Shown here one piece after another: positions 10,401 to 19,280 of a DNA stretch of 64,000 bases (position 1 is its first letter; each line of letters starts with the position of its first letter). Position numbers and translations under genes: made by a program. The notes under the pieces are model-generated. The model ran no database searches, had not been told where the DNA came from, and saw only the letters and a list, made by a program, of their open reading frames with translations. The DNA comes from an uncultured Gemmatimonadales bacterium (lineage in GTDB: Bacteria > Gemmatimonadota > Gemmatimonadetes > Palauibacterales > Palauibacteraceae), in NCBI GenBank assembly GCA_963783385.1, contig CAWANJ010000001.1:32001-96000 (forward strand), given 5' to 3'.

Positions 10401-11322
10401 CCTGCAGCTGTTCGACGACCAGCCGGCCCGGTGGGACGCCTGGAACGTGGTCGACTGGAAGCGCGAGCGGGACGTGACGAAGCTGACGGCCCTCTCGGTC
10501 CACGCCGACGCTCGCGCGGCCGAGGTCCGGATGACGCGCACCTGGGGGAGCTCGACCTTCCGCCAGACCCTGATCCTGCGGCGCGGCTCCCCGGCGCTCG
10601 AGATGCGGAACGACGTCGACTGGCACGAGACGCACGAGCTCCTCAAGGTGGCGTTCGCGCTCGGGGTCACGGCCGACTCGGCCACCTACGAGATCCCGTA
10701 CGGCACCATCGGGCGCTCGGGCTCTCCGCGCACGCAGGCCGAGCGGGCCAAGTTCGAGGTGCCGGGGCAGCGCTGGGCCAATGTGTCGGGCGGCGGGTGG
10801 GGCGTCGCGCTCGTGGACCGCGACAAGTACGGCTTCGACTACCACGGGCACGTGCTGCGCATGAGCCTCCTGCGCTCACCGACCTGGCCCGACTCCCTGG
10901 CCGACCGGGGGCGGCAGCGCTTCCGGTTCGAGCTCTACCCGCACGAGGGCGACTGGAAGGCGGCCGCGGTCGAGCGCCGCGCGGCCGGCTACAACGTGCC
11001 GCTGGTGGCCGCGTCCGAGCCCTCGCACCCGGGCGCTCTGGGGCGGAGCTTCTCGCTGGCCTCGGCCGCGCCGGGGAACGTGCACATCGCGTGGCTCAAG
11101 AAGGCCGAGGCCTCGGACGCCTACGTGCTGCGTCTGGTCGAGTGGCACGGAGAGCCCGCGGATGCATCGGTCACACTGGGCTGCCCGATCGCCTCGGCGC
11201 GGAAGACGAACCTCCTGGAGGACCCGGGCGAGGCGGTGCCGTTCACGGGCCGCACGGCCCGGCTCCACCTTCGTCCCTACGAGATCGCGACCCTGCTCGT
11301 CTCCTGCGCGACGGGCCGCTGA
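7420..11322 (+). CDS. Secreted GH38 alpha-mannosidase with long N-terminal accessory region
   Basis: NSHIDAAWLWPW metal motif, GESLVRQ, WTPDSFGY, GVGDHGGGP, ELYLEYHRGTYT, NQFHDLLPGS; signal-like ALAAALVLGAAATAA near the start. Start codon uncertain. Confidence 0.92.
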   Translation: MVGRDERQDEDRGGPRATSGRGRVAARTPGVATALAAALVLGAAATAAIPVRAAAQQPQGAPPPSRDLGQPVSRWLVRIPVHADTGRAGLLRDYLAPSESEAAVLPEPGDPETGPWVEVRTDSTGAVDFNREFEGSTDHTVAYAHVYLSSPVDRDLRLLVSSDDDVEALVNGQRVWAHEVARGLASGTDTVDVRLAKGWNTLMFKVRNRTGGFGLRVFLVHAPGGPGLGGLRTSVGPPPEMRGHSFPEREVAVGPVRVRGGLVWRGGALLAPATLPVTAWGPDTLRHARVRVRQDGRDLAADSFPVLVPGRPDSLRVEIPFARLRRSALGDDRIEGRSDWQGGSSRVDVGVSPGRLLRLAGGRVDLGFGPIDVHGQRVDRFATRVEVPPALGGRPVEILARGLGPKATYTVDGRARAWSDGTVPLCSPCRTGDTLDITLIPDPDRPVWLAPQVRVAEPGFAEYEDGYGYARRLTGEAPPIDRPDPVAWLRALGRDGHDYADLLQEYADAYAPLSRRIRQDTLFLVGNSHIDAAWLWPWTETEGVIRDTWRTSLKLADIFPGYVFAASAAAYYRAVDRLEPTLGDSLRRAVKEGSWSIVGGWWLEPDVNLPSGESLVRQGLYGQRWFEKHYGRRATVAWTPDSFGYPWTLPQILKEQGFDAFVTQKLRWNDSTEFPHDAFWWKGPDGTRLFTYIPYGYDSHLRPDALIQNRLADRKKTGLHDQVVLYGVGDHGGGPTIDMLERAQDLRRVPTFPTMTYARPGPALDRVRAEQPDSAFPTWPDELYLEYHRGTYTTQAWMKRRNRRGEARLQTAEALAAVDTAAYPRTALEAAWHQVLFNQFHDLLPGSGIHEIYVHAMARYDSAWATLDSLQARSLADLGARLDTRGRGRAVVVFNPLGWSRSGRVAVPPAPGSKADTTWITVDSVPALGARVVHLPADTMSRSDRGLPEPAAGPDWISNGRLRVRVDTTDGEITSIRDLATGREVLAPGERGNVLQLFDDQPARWDAWNVVDWKRERDVTKLTALSVHADARAAEVRMTRTWGSSTFRQTLILRRGSPALEMRNDVDWHETHELLKVAFALGVTADSATYEIPYGTIGRSGSPRTQAERAKFEVPGQRWANVSGGGWGVALVDRDKYGFDYHGHVLRMSLLRSPTWPDSLADRGRQRFRFELYPHEGDWKAAAVERRAAGYNVPLVAASEPSHPGALGRSFSLASAAPGNVHIAWLKKAEASDAYVLRLVEWHGEPADASVTLGCPIASARKTNLLEDPGEAVPFTGRTARLHLRPYEIATLLVSCATGR

Positions 11323-12609
11323 GCTCCGGCGGCCTCCGGCCACCGGCCCTCTTCCGCCTCGGCGACCGGCTCCCCGGAGAAGCGCGCCAGGAGGACCGCG
11401 GCGGTCATGTCCCCGGTGACGTTGACCAGGGTCTTGAAGATGTCGGGGATGGTATCCACCGCGCGGAGGATGATCACCCCCTCGATCGGGATGCCGAGGG
11501 CCATGTAGGCGGGCAGCGAGGTGAGCCCCAGGTGGCTGGGAATTCCCGGCACCGCGACCGTCACCGGAAACAGGATGAGCACGAAGGTGAGGATCCCGGC
11601 GGGCCCGATCGGGATCCCGTACAGCCGGCCCAGGAACAGCGCCGTGAACAGCGTGGAGACCATCATGTTCACGCGGAACGTGGTCACGGCGAGCGGCAGC
11701 GCGAAGCCCGAGATCGAGGACGACATCCCGAGCCGCTCCTCCGCCCCCTCCATGAGCGCCGGCAGCGAGGCCAGGGAGGATCGGGTGCTCAGCCCGACGA
11801 CCTGGGCCGGGAGGAGCGCCCGGGCGAAGCGCCGCAGCGGGACGCGCGCCACCACGACCGCGATCCCATAGAACACCAGGGTGAACGCCAGCAGCAGCCC
11901 CGAGACGATCACGATGAAGTCGAGGAGCACCCGCGCCGCGCCCAGGCCCGACCCGGCGGCCATCTCGTAGGTGAGCACGAAAGCGCCCAGCGGCGTCAGG
12001 ACCAGGATCCAGTGGATGAGCACGAAGGTGGCGTCCGAGATCCCCCGGAACACGGCGTCCAGGGCGGCGCGGCGCTCGGCGGAGATGTGCCGGACGGCCA
12101 GGGCGAACAGGACGATGAACAGGATGAGCGGGAGCATCTTGCCGTCGGCGGCCGCCTCGAACACGTTCGAGGGCACCAGGCCCAGGAGCCAGTCCGCGGC
12201 TCCCGGCGAGCCCGCCTGCGCCTGGCGCGCCAGGTCGGAAGTGCCCGCCGCCACCTGGCGGAAGTGCTCCAGGGTGGCGGGCGGAAACGAGATGCGCGAC
12301 AGGATGGCGGGGCCGACGAGGGCCGTGAAGCCGGCGGCCGCCGCCAGGAGAAGCAGGAGGATCGCGCAGGCGCGCACGCCCAGCCGGCCGACGCCCGGGC
12401 CCGGCCGATCCGCCGTGATCGTCACGAACAGCTGGGAGACCACGAGCGGGATGACCGTCATGCGCAGCGCGTTGATCCACAGGCCCCCGATCGGCTCCAG
12501 GACGGGGACGGCGCCCAGCAGGAGCCCGCTCTGCAGCCGGAAGGCCAGCGTGCCGAGCCCCAGACCCGCGACCAGCCCGATGAGGGAGGCCGTGGTCAGG
12601 GACGGCATG
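11277..12609 (-). CDS. Dicarboxylate/amino acid:cation symporter (DAACS/GltP family)
   Basis: ALRMTVIPLV, STRSSLASLP, FALPLAVT, DIFKTLVNVTGD. Start may extend to 12677. Confidence 0.9.
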
Positions 12610-12847
12610 TGGTACCGGCGCGACACTTTCGTGGGGGATTCGCGCATGCGCGGACGCTCCTCCTGCGGGTCGGACACTCGTCGTAGGGGTGAAGCTACTT
12701 CATTGATCTATAAAGACATCCGCGGTAAGGCGCGAGGATCGATGCGGCTCGCGGAGCGTGGGCCGGGCCAACACGGGGACGGCCGACCACCGGCCGGAGA
12801 GGGGCAACCGACGTGCCGCAGGGCCGCGGAGCGGAAGGGATGGAGCC

Positions 12848-13837
12848 ATGGGTGAGTCGAGGATCGCTCGGACCGTGGTCGTCGCCGCGGCGGTGGCCGT
12901 GGCCGCGACGGTCGCCGGCTGTGCGGGGCGGGAGACGACGGGGCGTCCGCAGGTGGGGGTCACCCTCCTCACCCAGGCGCACGTGTTCTACCAGGACCTC
13001 CAGAAGGGCCTCGAGGCCCGGGCCGACAGCGACGGGATCGACCTGCACGTCGTGGCCGGCGAGTGGGACCTGTCCCGGCAGACGAGCCAGGTGGAGAACT
13101 TCATCACCCGCAACATGGACGCGATCGTGATCGCACCGGTCAACTCGAGCGGGATCGTGAGCGCCGTGCAGGAGGCCAACGAGGCCGGGATCCCGGTGTT
13201 CACGGTCGACATCGCGGCGGACGGGGGCCACGTGGTCTCCCACATCGCCAGCGACAACCGGCAGGGGGGCCGGCTCCTGGCCCGCTACCTGGGCCAGCGG
13301 CTGGGCGGCCACGGGTCCGTGGCCATCCTCGACCAGCCCACCGTGACCAGCGTGCAGGACCGGGTGGCGGGCTTCCGCGAGGGGCTCGCCGACTACCCCG
13401 ACATCCACGTGGTGGCCGACCCCGCCGTCGAGCGCGGCCTGCGGGACGTGGCCAAGGACAAGACCGACAACCTCCTGGCCACCGGCAAGAAGATCGACGC
13501 GATCTTCGGCTCCAACGACGACTGCGCGCTGGGTGCCCTCGCCTCCGTCGAGGCGTCCGGCCGAACCGGCATCCTCATCGTGGGCTTCGACGCCACGCCG
13601 GAGGCCAGGAGCGCCATCGCCCGCGGCACCGCGTTGGTGGCCGACGCCGTCCAGCACCCGGTCGACATCGGGCGCCGCGCCATCGACGTGATCGCCCGCC
13701 GGCTGCGGGGAGACAGCGTGCCGGCGCGGGTCGCCGTCCCGGTGGGCATCGTGACGCGCGACTCGCTGACGGCCCCGAGCGGAGCCGCGGACAGCGGCTC
13801 GGCGTCCGCGAGCGGACCGGCCGGAGGACGCCCGTGA
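12848..13837 (+). CDS. Sugar ABC substrate-binding lipoprotein (RbsB-like)
   Basis: Lipobox VAGC; GIPVFTVD, SDNRQGG, NDDCALGA, VGFDA. Confidence 0.92.
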   Translation: MGESRIARTVVVAAAVAVAATVAGCAGRETTGRPQVGVTLLTQAHVFYQDLQKGLEARADSDGIDLHVVAGEWDLSRQTSQVENFITRNMDAIVIAPVNSSGIVSAVQEANEAGIPVFTVDIAADGGHVVSHIASDNRQGGRLLARYLGQRLGGHGSVAILDQPTVTSVQDRVAGFREGLADYPDIHVVADPAVERGLRDVAKDKTDNLLATGKKIDAIFGSNDDCALGALASVEASGRTGILIVGFDATPEARSAIARGTALVADAVQHPVDIGRRAIDVIARRLRGDSVPARVAVPVGIVTRDSLTAPSGAADSGSASASGPAGGRP

Positions 13838-14541
13838 CGGCCCCCTCGGCCCCGGCCGGCCGCGCCGCCCTGCTCGACATGGACGGAGTCCTGGTGGCCA
13901 CCGAGGGGCTCAAGGAGCAGGCGCACCTCAGGACCCTGGCGTCGTTCGGGTTCGAGGGGACGCCGGGCCGCGCCTTTTACCGCTCCGTGATGGGGCAGCC
14001 CCAGGACGCGGTCGAGCGCGCCTACCTCGAGGAGGCGGGGCTCACCGGGCGGGTGGCGCCGACCCGCTACCGGGAGCGCTTCCGGCGCGACTACCAGGAG
14101 CTCCTGCACGAGCGCCTCGAGCTGGTGCCCGGCGCCCGGGCGCTGCTCGTCCGGCTGTCGGAGGAGGGCTGGAAGCTGGCCCTGGTGAGCTCGAGCCTGC
14201 GGTGGATGGTGGAGCTGGTCCTGGCCCGGGCCGGCCTGGCCTCCTTCTTCGACGCCGTGGTGACCGGGGACGACGTGGAGCGAGAGAAGCCCGCGCCCGA
14301 CCCCTACCGGGCCGCCTTCGAGGCGCTCGGGGGACCCGAGCACCTCCGCGCGGTCGTGCTCGAGGACACGGGCGCCGGGATCGCCTCGGGCCGGGCCGCC
14401 GGCTTTCCGGTGGTGGCCCTGCGACACGGGTGGAACGAGGAGCTCGACCTGTCGGGTGCCGGCACACTCCTCACCGGACTCGAGGACACCGGCGCCGTGG
14501 TCGGGGCGCTCGAGACGGCGCTGGAGGCGGGCGCGGCGTAG
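13834..14541 (+). CDS. HAD-family phosphatase (beta-PGM/CbbY-like)
   Basis: DMDGVL motif I, VSSS motif II, EKPAPDPY and LEDTGAG motifs; GTG overlaps the upstream stop. Confidence 0.9.
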   Translation: MTAPSAPAGRAALLDMDGVLVATEGLKEQAHLRTLASFGFEGTPGRAFYRSVMGQPQDAVERAYLEEAGLTGRVAPTRYRERFRRDYQELLHERLELVPGARALLVRLSEEGWKLALVSSSLRWMVELVLARAGLASFFDAVVTGDDVEREKPAPDPYRAAFEALGGPEHLRAVVLEDTGAGIASGRAAGFPVVALRHGWNEELDLSGAGTLLTGLEDTGAVVGALETALEAGAA

Positions 14542-14578
14542 CCGCTCCCCCGGCGGCGGGCGGTCCCGGACCGGCCGC

Positions 14579-15850
14579 CTAGACCGCCGCCGCGGACCCG
14601 AGCCGGTCCTTCACCGCCCTTCCCTCCTTGAGGACCAGCTCGATGACGGCCGGGTCCGCCAGCCCTGCCGGGTCGGCGAGCGGGTCCACGCCCGTCACCA
14701 CCACATTGGCGCGCTTGCCGGGCTCGAGCGTTCCGATCTCGTCCTGGAGCCCCAGGCAGCGGGCCGCATCGCCCGTGGCCGCGACCAGGGCCTCCATCGG
14801 GGAGAGCCCGGCGAGCTCCACCATGAGACCGATCTCCCGCAGGTTCGTCCCGTGCGGAGCCACCCCGCAGTCGGTCCCCATGGCGATGCGAACCCCGGCC
14901 CGGTGCGCGCGCGCAATGCTCTCCCGGTGCGCTTCGACCACCTCGCGCGCCTTGCGCACCGCCCACTCGGGCACCGTGCCCTTCGTCTCGGCCGCCTCCA
15001 GGGCCCCGAGCGGGGCGACCAGGGTGGGCACCAGCCAGGTGCCGCGCTCGATCATGAGCTCGATGGCCTCGTCGTCCAGGAAGATTCCGTGCTCGATGGA
15101 GCGGATACCGGCGCGGACGGCGTTCTTGATCCCCTCGGAGCCCTGGGCGTGCGCCATGACCGGAATCTCCTTCCGGAACGATCCTTCCTGCACCATGACC
15201 TCGAGCTCCTCCTGCGTGAACTGGGTGAACAGGGGATGGTCGGTGGGACTCATGACCCCGCCCGTGGAGCACACCTTGATCCAGTCCGCGCCGGCCCGCA
15301 GCACCTCGCGCACCTTCTTCCGCACGCCGTCGATCCCGTCGCACACCGGGTCCGGCCGGCCCGGGTGGGCGCCGAACAGGGCCAGCTGCTGCCCGGAGGG
15401 GAGCCAGAAGTCGATGTGCCCGCCCGTGATCGTGAGAGCGGTGATGCTGATCTGCATGCGCGGGCCCTCCACCATCCCCGTCTCGACCGCCGTCTTCATC
15501 CCCAGGTCGGCCCCGCCCGCGTCGCGCACGGCGGTCACGCCCGCGTCCAGGGTCTTCCGCATGTAGCCGATGGCCTGGTAGAAGGGCAGCGAGAAGGGCG
15601 TCGCCAGGAGCCGCATCATGTCGTCCACCTCGACCGTGAGGTGGACGTGGCAGTCGATGAAGCCGGGGAGGATCCAGCCGCCCCCCGCCTCGATCTCGCG
15701 CACCGCCTCGCCCGAGGCCGAGGCCCGAACCCCGGCGGCCGGGCCGCACGCCACGATGCGGCCATCCTCGACCAGGAGGGCGGCCTCCGGCACCGGCTTC
15801 GCGCCGGTGCCGTCGATGAGCGTTCCGTCGTGGATCAGGGTGAGGGCCAT
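14579..15850 (-). CDS. Metal-dependent amidohydrolase (Xaa-Pro dipeptidase-like)
   Basis: PGFIDCHVH, GVTAVRDAGG, IKVCSTGG, MAHA, SIEHG, MGTD. Confidence 0.92.
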   Translation of the reverse strand: MALTLIHDGTLIDGTGAKPVPEAALLVEDGRIVACGPAAGVRASASGEAVREIEAGGGWILPGFIDCHVHLTVEVDDMMRLLATPFSLPFYQAIGYMRKTLDAGVTAVRDAGGADLGMKTAVETGMVEGPRMQISITALTITGGHIDFWLPSGQQLALFGAHPGRPDPVCDGIDGVRKKVREVLRAGADWIKVCSTGGVMSPTDHPLFTQFTQEELEVMVQEGSFRKEIPVMAHAQGSEGIKNAVRAGIRSIEHGIFLDDEAIELMIERGTWLVPTLVAPLGALEAAETKGTVPEWAVRKAREVVEAHRESIARAHRAGVRIAMGTDCGVAPHGTNLREIGLMVELAGLSPMEALVAATGDAARCLGLQDEIGTLEPGKRANVVVTGVDPLADPAGLADPAVIELVLKEGRAVKDRLGSAAAV

Positions 15851-16031
15851 GGCTCGTCCGCCTCCGGTTCGGCTGTGGTTCGGATCCGTGCTCCGTGCGT
15901 CGACCGGGTGGAACGGTAGCCGCGCTGGAGGGGCCCGGAAAGGCGCCGCGGCCGGCGCGGCGCGATCTATCGGAGCTTCGTCGCCCGCCTTAGCTTGACC
16001 TGTCCCGATTCCACCCTCAGGAGCGACCGCC

Positions 16032-19000
16032 ATGCGTGCCAGCCGTTCCGCCTCCGTCCGTGCCCTGGCCGCGGCCCTCGCGGCCCTGGCGACCTTCGCC
16101 CTCGCGCGGCCCGCGCCCGCCACGGCCCAGGAGCTGAGCCGACAGGAGCTCTCCGGCCTCCGCTTCCGCTACATCGGCGTGGTCGGGAACCGGGTGGACG
16201 TGGCGGTGGGCGTACCGAGCCAGCCGCTGGTCTACTACGCCGGAGCGGCCGCGGGCGGCATCTGGAAGACCACGGACGGCGGGTCGCGGTGGCGGCCCGT
16301 GTTCGACAGCGCCGGGGTGCCCTCGGTGGGCGACCTGGCGGTGGCGCCCTCGGCCCCCAACGTGGTGTGGGCCGGCACCGGCGAGCCGTTCATACGCTCC
16401 AACATCTCGATCGGCGACGGGGCGTGGAAGTCCACCGACGGGGGCGAGACCTGGACGCACATGGGCCTCGACGCCACCGGCCGCATCTCGCGCATCGTCA
16501 TCGACCCGCAGGACCCGGACGTCGTGTACGTGGCCGCCCTGGGGAATACATACGTCCCGCAGGCGGAGCGCGGGATCTACCGGACGCGGGACGGCGGCCG
16601 GACCTGGCAGAAGGTGCTGTTCGTGAACGACTCGACCGGCGCCTCCGACCTCATCATGGACCCGCACAACCCGGACGTCCTGTTCGCCGGCACGTGGCAG
16701 ATCGAGGTCCACACCTGGGGGCGGGTGAGCGGCGGCGGCGGCAGCGGGATCTGGATGACCCGCGACGGAGGCGACCACTGGACCCGGCTGGAGGGACACG
16801 GCCTCCCGGACGGTCCCATCGGCAAGATCGGTCTGTGCAACACGCCCGCGAGCTCCGACCGCATCTACGCCCTCATCGAGACCTCCGACGGCGTCCCGTG
16901 GCGGGGGAAGACGAGCGAGGGCGAGCTGTGGCGCTCCGAGGACGGCGGGTACGACTGGACGCTGGTCAACCACGACCAGAACCTGGCCGGACGGCAAGCC
17001 TACTACACCCGCTGCGCGGTCACGCCCGACGATCCCGACGAGGCCTACTTCATCTCGGCCGACTGGGTTCAGACGCTGGACGGCGGCGAGCACGTCAAGA
17101 CGCTGGGCGGCCAGCGGGTGCCCAACTGGGACCACCACAACATGTGGATCGACCCCACGGACGGGGACCGCATGGTGGCGGCCGGCGACGGCGGCGTGTC
17201 GATCTCCCACGACCGCGGGAAGACCTGGTACAGGGTCCAGCTCCCGGTCGGCCAGCTCTACCACGTCACGGTCGACAACCAGGTCCCCTACTGGGTGTAC
17301 ACGAACCGCCAGGACGGCCCCTCGATGATGGGGCCCTCGAACAGCCGCCTCGGCGGCGGCGAGGAGGGCGGCGGCGGCATCCCGCGCGGGATGTGGCACG
17401 AGCTCGGCGGCGGCGAGAGCGGCTTCGCCACGCCCGACACGATGGCGCCCGGGATCGCGTGGTCCACGACCTCGGGCTACGGCCCCGTGGACGGGATCGT
17501 GGTTCGCTACGACGAGCAGGCGCGTCAGTACCGGAACGTCGAGGTATGGCCGATGAGCATCATCGGGCACCCCGCCGACGAGGCGAGGTACCGGTGGCAG
17601 TGGACCTTCCCGCTCGAGATCAGCCCCCACGACCACAACACCGTATACGTGGGGAGCCAGTACGTGATGCGGACCACGAACGGCGGGCAGAGCTGGGAGC
17701 GCATCAGCCCGGACCTCACCACCGACGACTCCACGAAGATGGGGATCTCGGGCGGCCTCACCCCCGACAACATCCAGGTCGAGACCTGCTGCGTGGTGTA
17801 CGCCATCGACGAGTCGCCCGTGGAGGCGGGAGTGATCTGGGCCGGGACCAACGACGGCCTCGTCCAGGTGACGCGCGACGGCGGCAAGTCGTGGACGAAC
17901 GTCACCCGGAACATCCCGGGCCTGCCTCCCCTGGGCGTGGTCCGGAACATCGACGCCTCGAGATACGACTCCGCCAGGGCGTACGTGACCATCGACCGCC
18001 ACCAGATGGGCGACTTCGCGCCCTACGTCTACAAGACGTCGGACTTCGGGCAGCACTGGACGAAGATCACCGCAGGCGTGCCTCAGAGCCCGCTGTCCTT
18101 CGCCCGCAACGTGCGCGAGGACCCCGTGCGCCGGGGGCTCCTGTACCTGGGCACGGAGAACCGGCTCTACTTCTCCATGGACGACGGCGGACACTGGCAG
18201 TCCCTGATGACCGACCTCCCCCCGGCGCCCATGTACTGGCTCACGGTGCAGCCGCACTTCCAGGACCTGGTGGTGGGGACCTACGGGCGCGGCATCTGGA
18301 TCCTGGACGACGTCACGCCGCTCCAGCAGCTCACCCCGAAGGTGGCGGCCGAGTCCGCTCACCTGTTCGCGCCGCGGGAGGCATGGCGGTTCCACGCCAT
18401 CACGGCGCCCAACGCCATGTTCGACGACCCCTCGGCGGGGGAGAACCCGCCCTACGGGGCGTCGATCTCCTACTGGCTGAAGAGCGCGCCGGCGGGGACC
18501 GACAGCGTGCGCCTCCTCATCACGGACGCGGCCGGGGACACGGTACGCACCCTGTCCGGCCCGGCGAAGGCGGGGATCAACCGGGTGTGGTGGGACCTGG
18601 AGACCGAGAAGACGATGGAGATCCGGCGGCGGGTGCCGCCCGAGAACGCGACGTGGATGGACCTGGGCAAGAAGGGCTGGTTCGCCATGCCGTGGGGCCG
18701 CCAGTTCTCGATCCTGTCGCCGCCGGGCACCTACACGGTCACGTTCGAGGCGGGCGGCAAGAGCTTCAGCCAGCCGCTCACGGTCAACAAGGATCCCCAC
18801 TCCGAGGGGAGCCTGAAGGACATCGATGCCCAGGTCACCATGCTCCGCTCCCTGTATGCGGACATGAACCGGGTGGCGAGCATGGCGAACCGGATCGAGT
18901 GGATGCGCCGCCAGCTCGCCGACCTGAGGCCGGTGCTGGAGAGCGCCGACGCCGACGACCTGATCGCGGCCGGCGACTCCCTGGAGTCGAGGCTCCGCGA

Positions 19001-19280
19001 CGTGGAGGGCGAGCTCATCCAGCTCAAGCTCACCGGCACGGGCCAGGACGACGTGCGCTGGCCCTCGCGCCTGGCGGGCCGGGTGGCGTGGCTGGCCGGG
19101 GAAGTGGCCTCCAACGACTTCCCGCCCACCGACCAGGCCCGGGAGGTCCAGGGAATCCTCGAGCAGAGGGTCGAGGGCATGAGCCAGGAGCTGGAGACAG
19201 CCCTGGCCCAGAACCTCCCGCCCTTCAACCAGGAGCTGGCCCGCCGCGGCCTGGGCGGGATCGTGAGCCAGCTACCGTAG
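16032..19280 (+). CDS. Secreted VPS10/sortilin-like BNR-repeat beta-propeller protein
   Basis: Signal peptide plus many Asp-box repeats (KTTDGGSRW, KSTDGGETW, RTRDGGRTW, RSEDGGYDW, TRDGGKSW) and a C-terminal coiled region. Confidence 0.9.
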   Translation: MRASRSASVRALAAALAALATFALARPAPATAQELSRQELSGLRFRYIGVVGNRVDVAVGVPSQPLVYYAGAAAGGIWKTTDGGSRWRPVFDSAGVPSVGDLAVAPSAPNVVWAGTGEPFIRSNISIGDGAWKSTDGGETWTHMGLDATGRISRIVIDPQDPDVVYVAALGNTYVPQAERGIYRTRDGGRTWQKVLFVNDSTGASDLIMDPHNPDVLFAGTWQIEVHTWGRVSGGGGSGIWMTRDGGDHWTRLEGHGLPDGPIGKIGLCNTPASSDRIYALIETSDGVPWRGKTSEGELWRSEDGGYDWTLVNHDQNLAGRQAYYTRCAVTPDDPDEAYFISADWVQTLDGGEHVKTLGGQRVPNWDHHNMWIDPTDGDRMVAAGDGGVSISHDRGKTWYRVQLPVGQLYHVTVDNQVPYWVYTNRQDGPSMMGPSNSRLGGGEEGGGGIPRGMWHELGGGESGFATPDTMAPGIAWSTTSGYGPVDGIVVRYDEQARQYRNVEVWPMSIIGHPADEARYRWQWTFPLEISPHDHNTVYVGSQYVMRTTNGGQSWERISPDLTTDDSTKMGISGGLTPDNIQVETCCVVYAIDESPVEAGVIWAGTNDGLVQVTRDGGKSWTNVTRNIPGLPPLGVVRNIDASRYDSARAYVTIDRHQMGDFAPYVYKTSDFGQHWTKITAGVPQSPLSFARNVREDPVRRGLLYLGTENRLYFSMDDGGHWQSLMTDLPPAPMYWLTVQPHFQDLVVGTYGRGIWILDDVTPLQQLTPKVAAESAHLFAPREAWRFHAITAPNAMFDDPSAGENPPYGASISYWLKSAPAGTDSVRLLITDAAGDTVRTLSGPAKAGINRVWWDLETEKTMEIRRRVPPENATWMDLGKKGWFAMPWGRQFSILSPPGTYTVTFEAGGKSFSQPLTVNKDPHSEGSLKDIDAQVTMLRSLYADMNRVASMANRIEWMRRQLADLRPVLESADADDLIAAGDSLESRLRDVEGELIQLKLTGTGQDDVRWPSRLAGRVAWLAGEVASNDFPPTDQAREVQGILEQRVEGMSQELETALAQNLPPFNQELARRGLGGIVSQLP

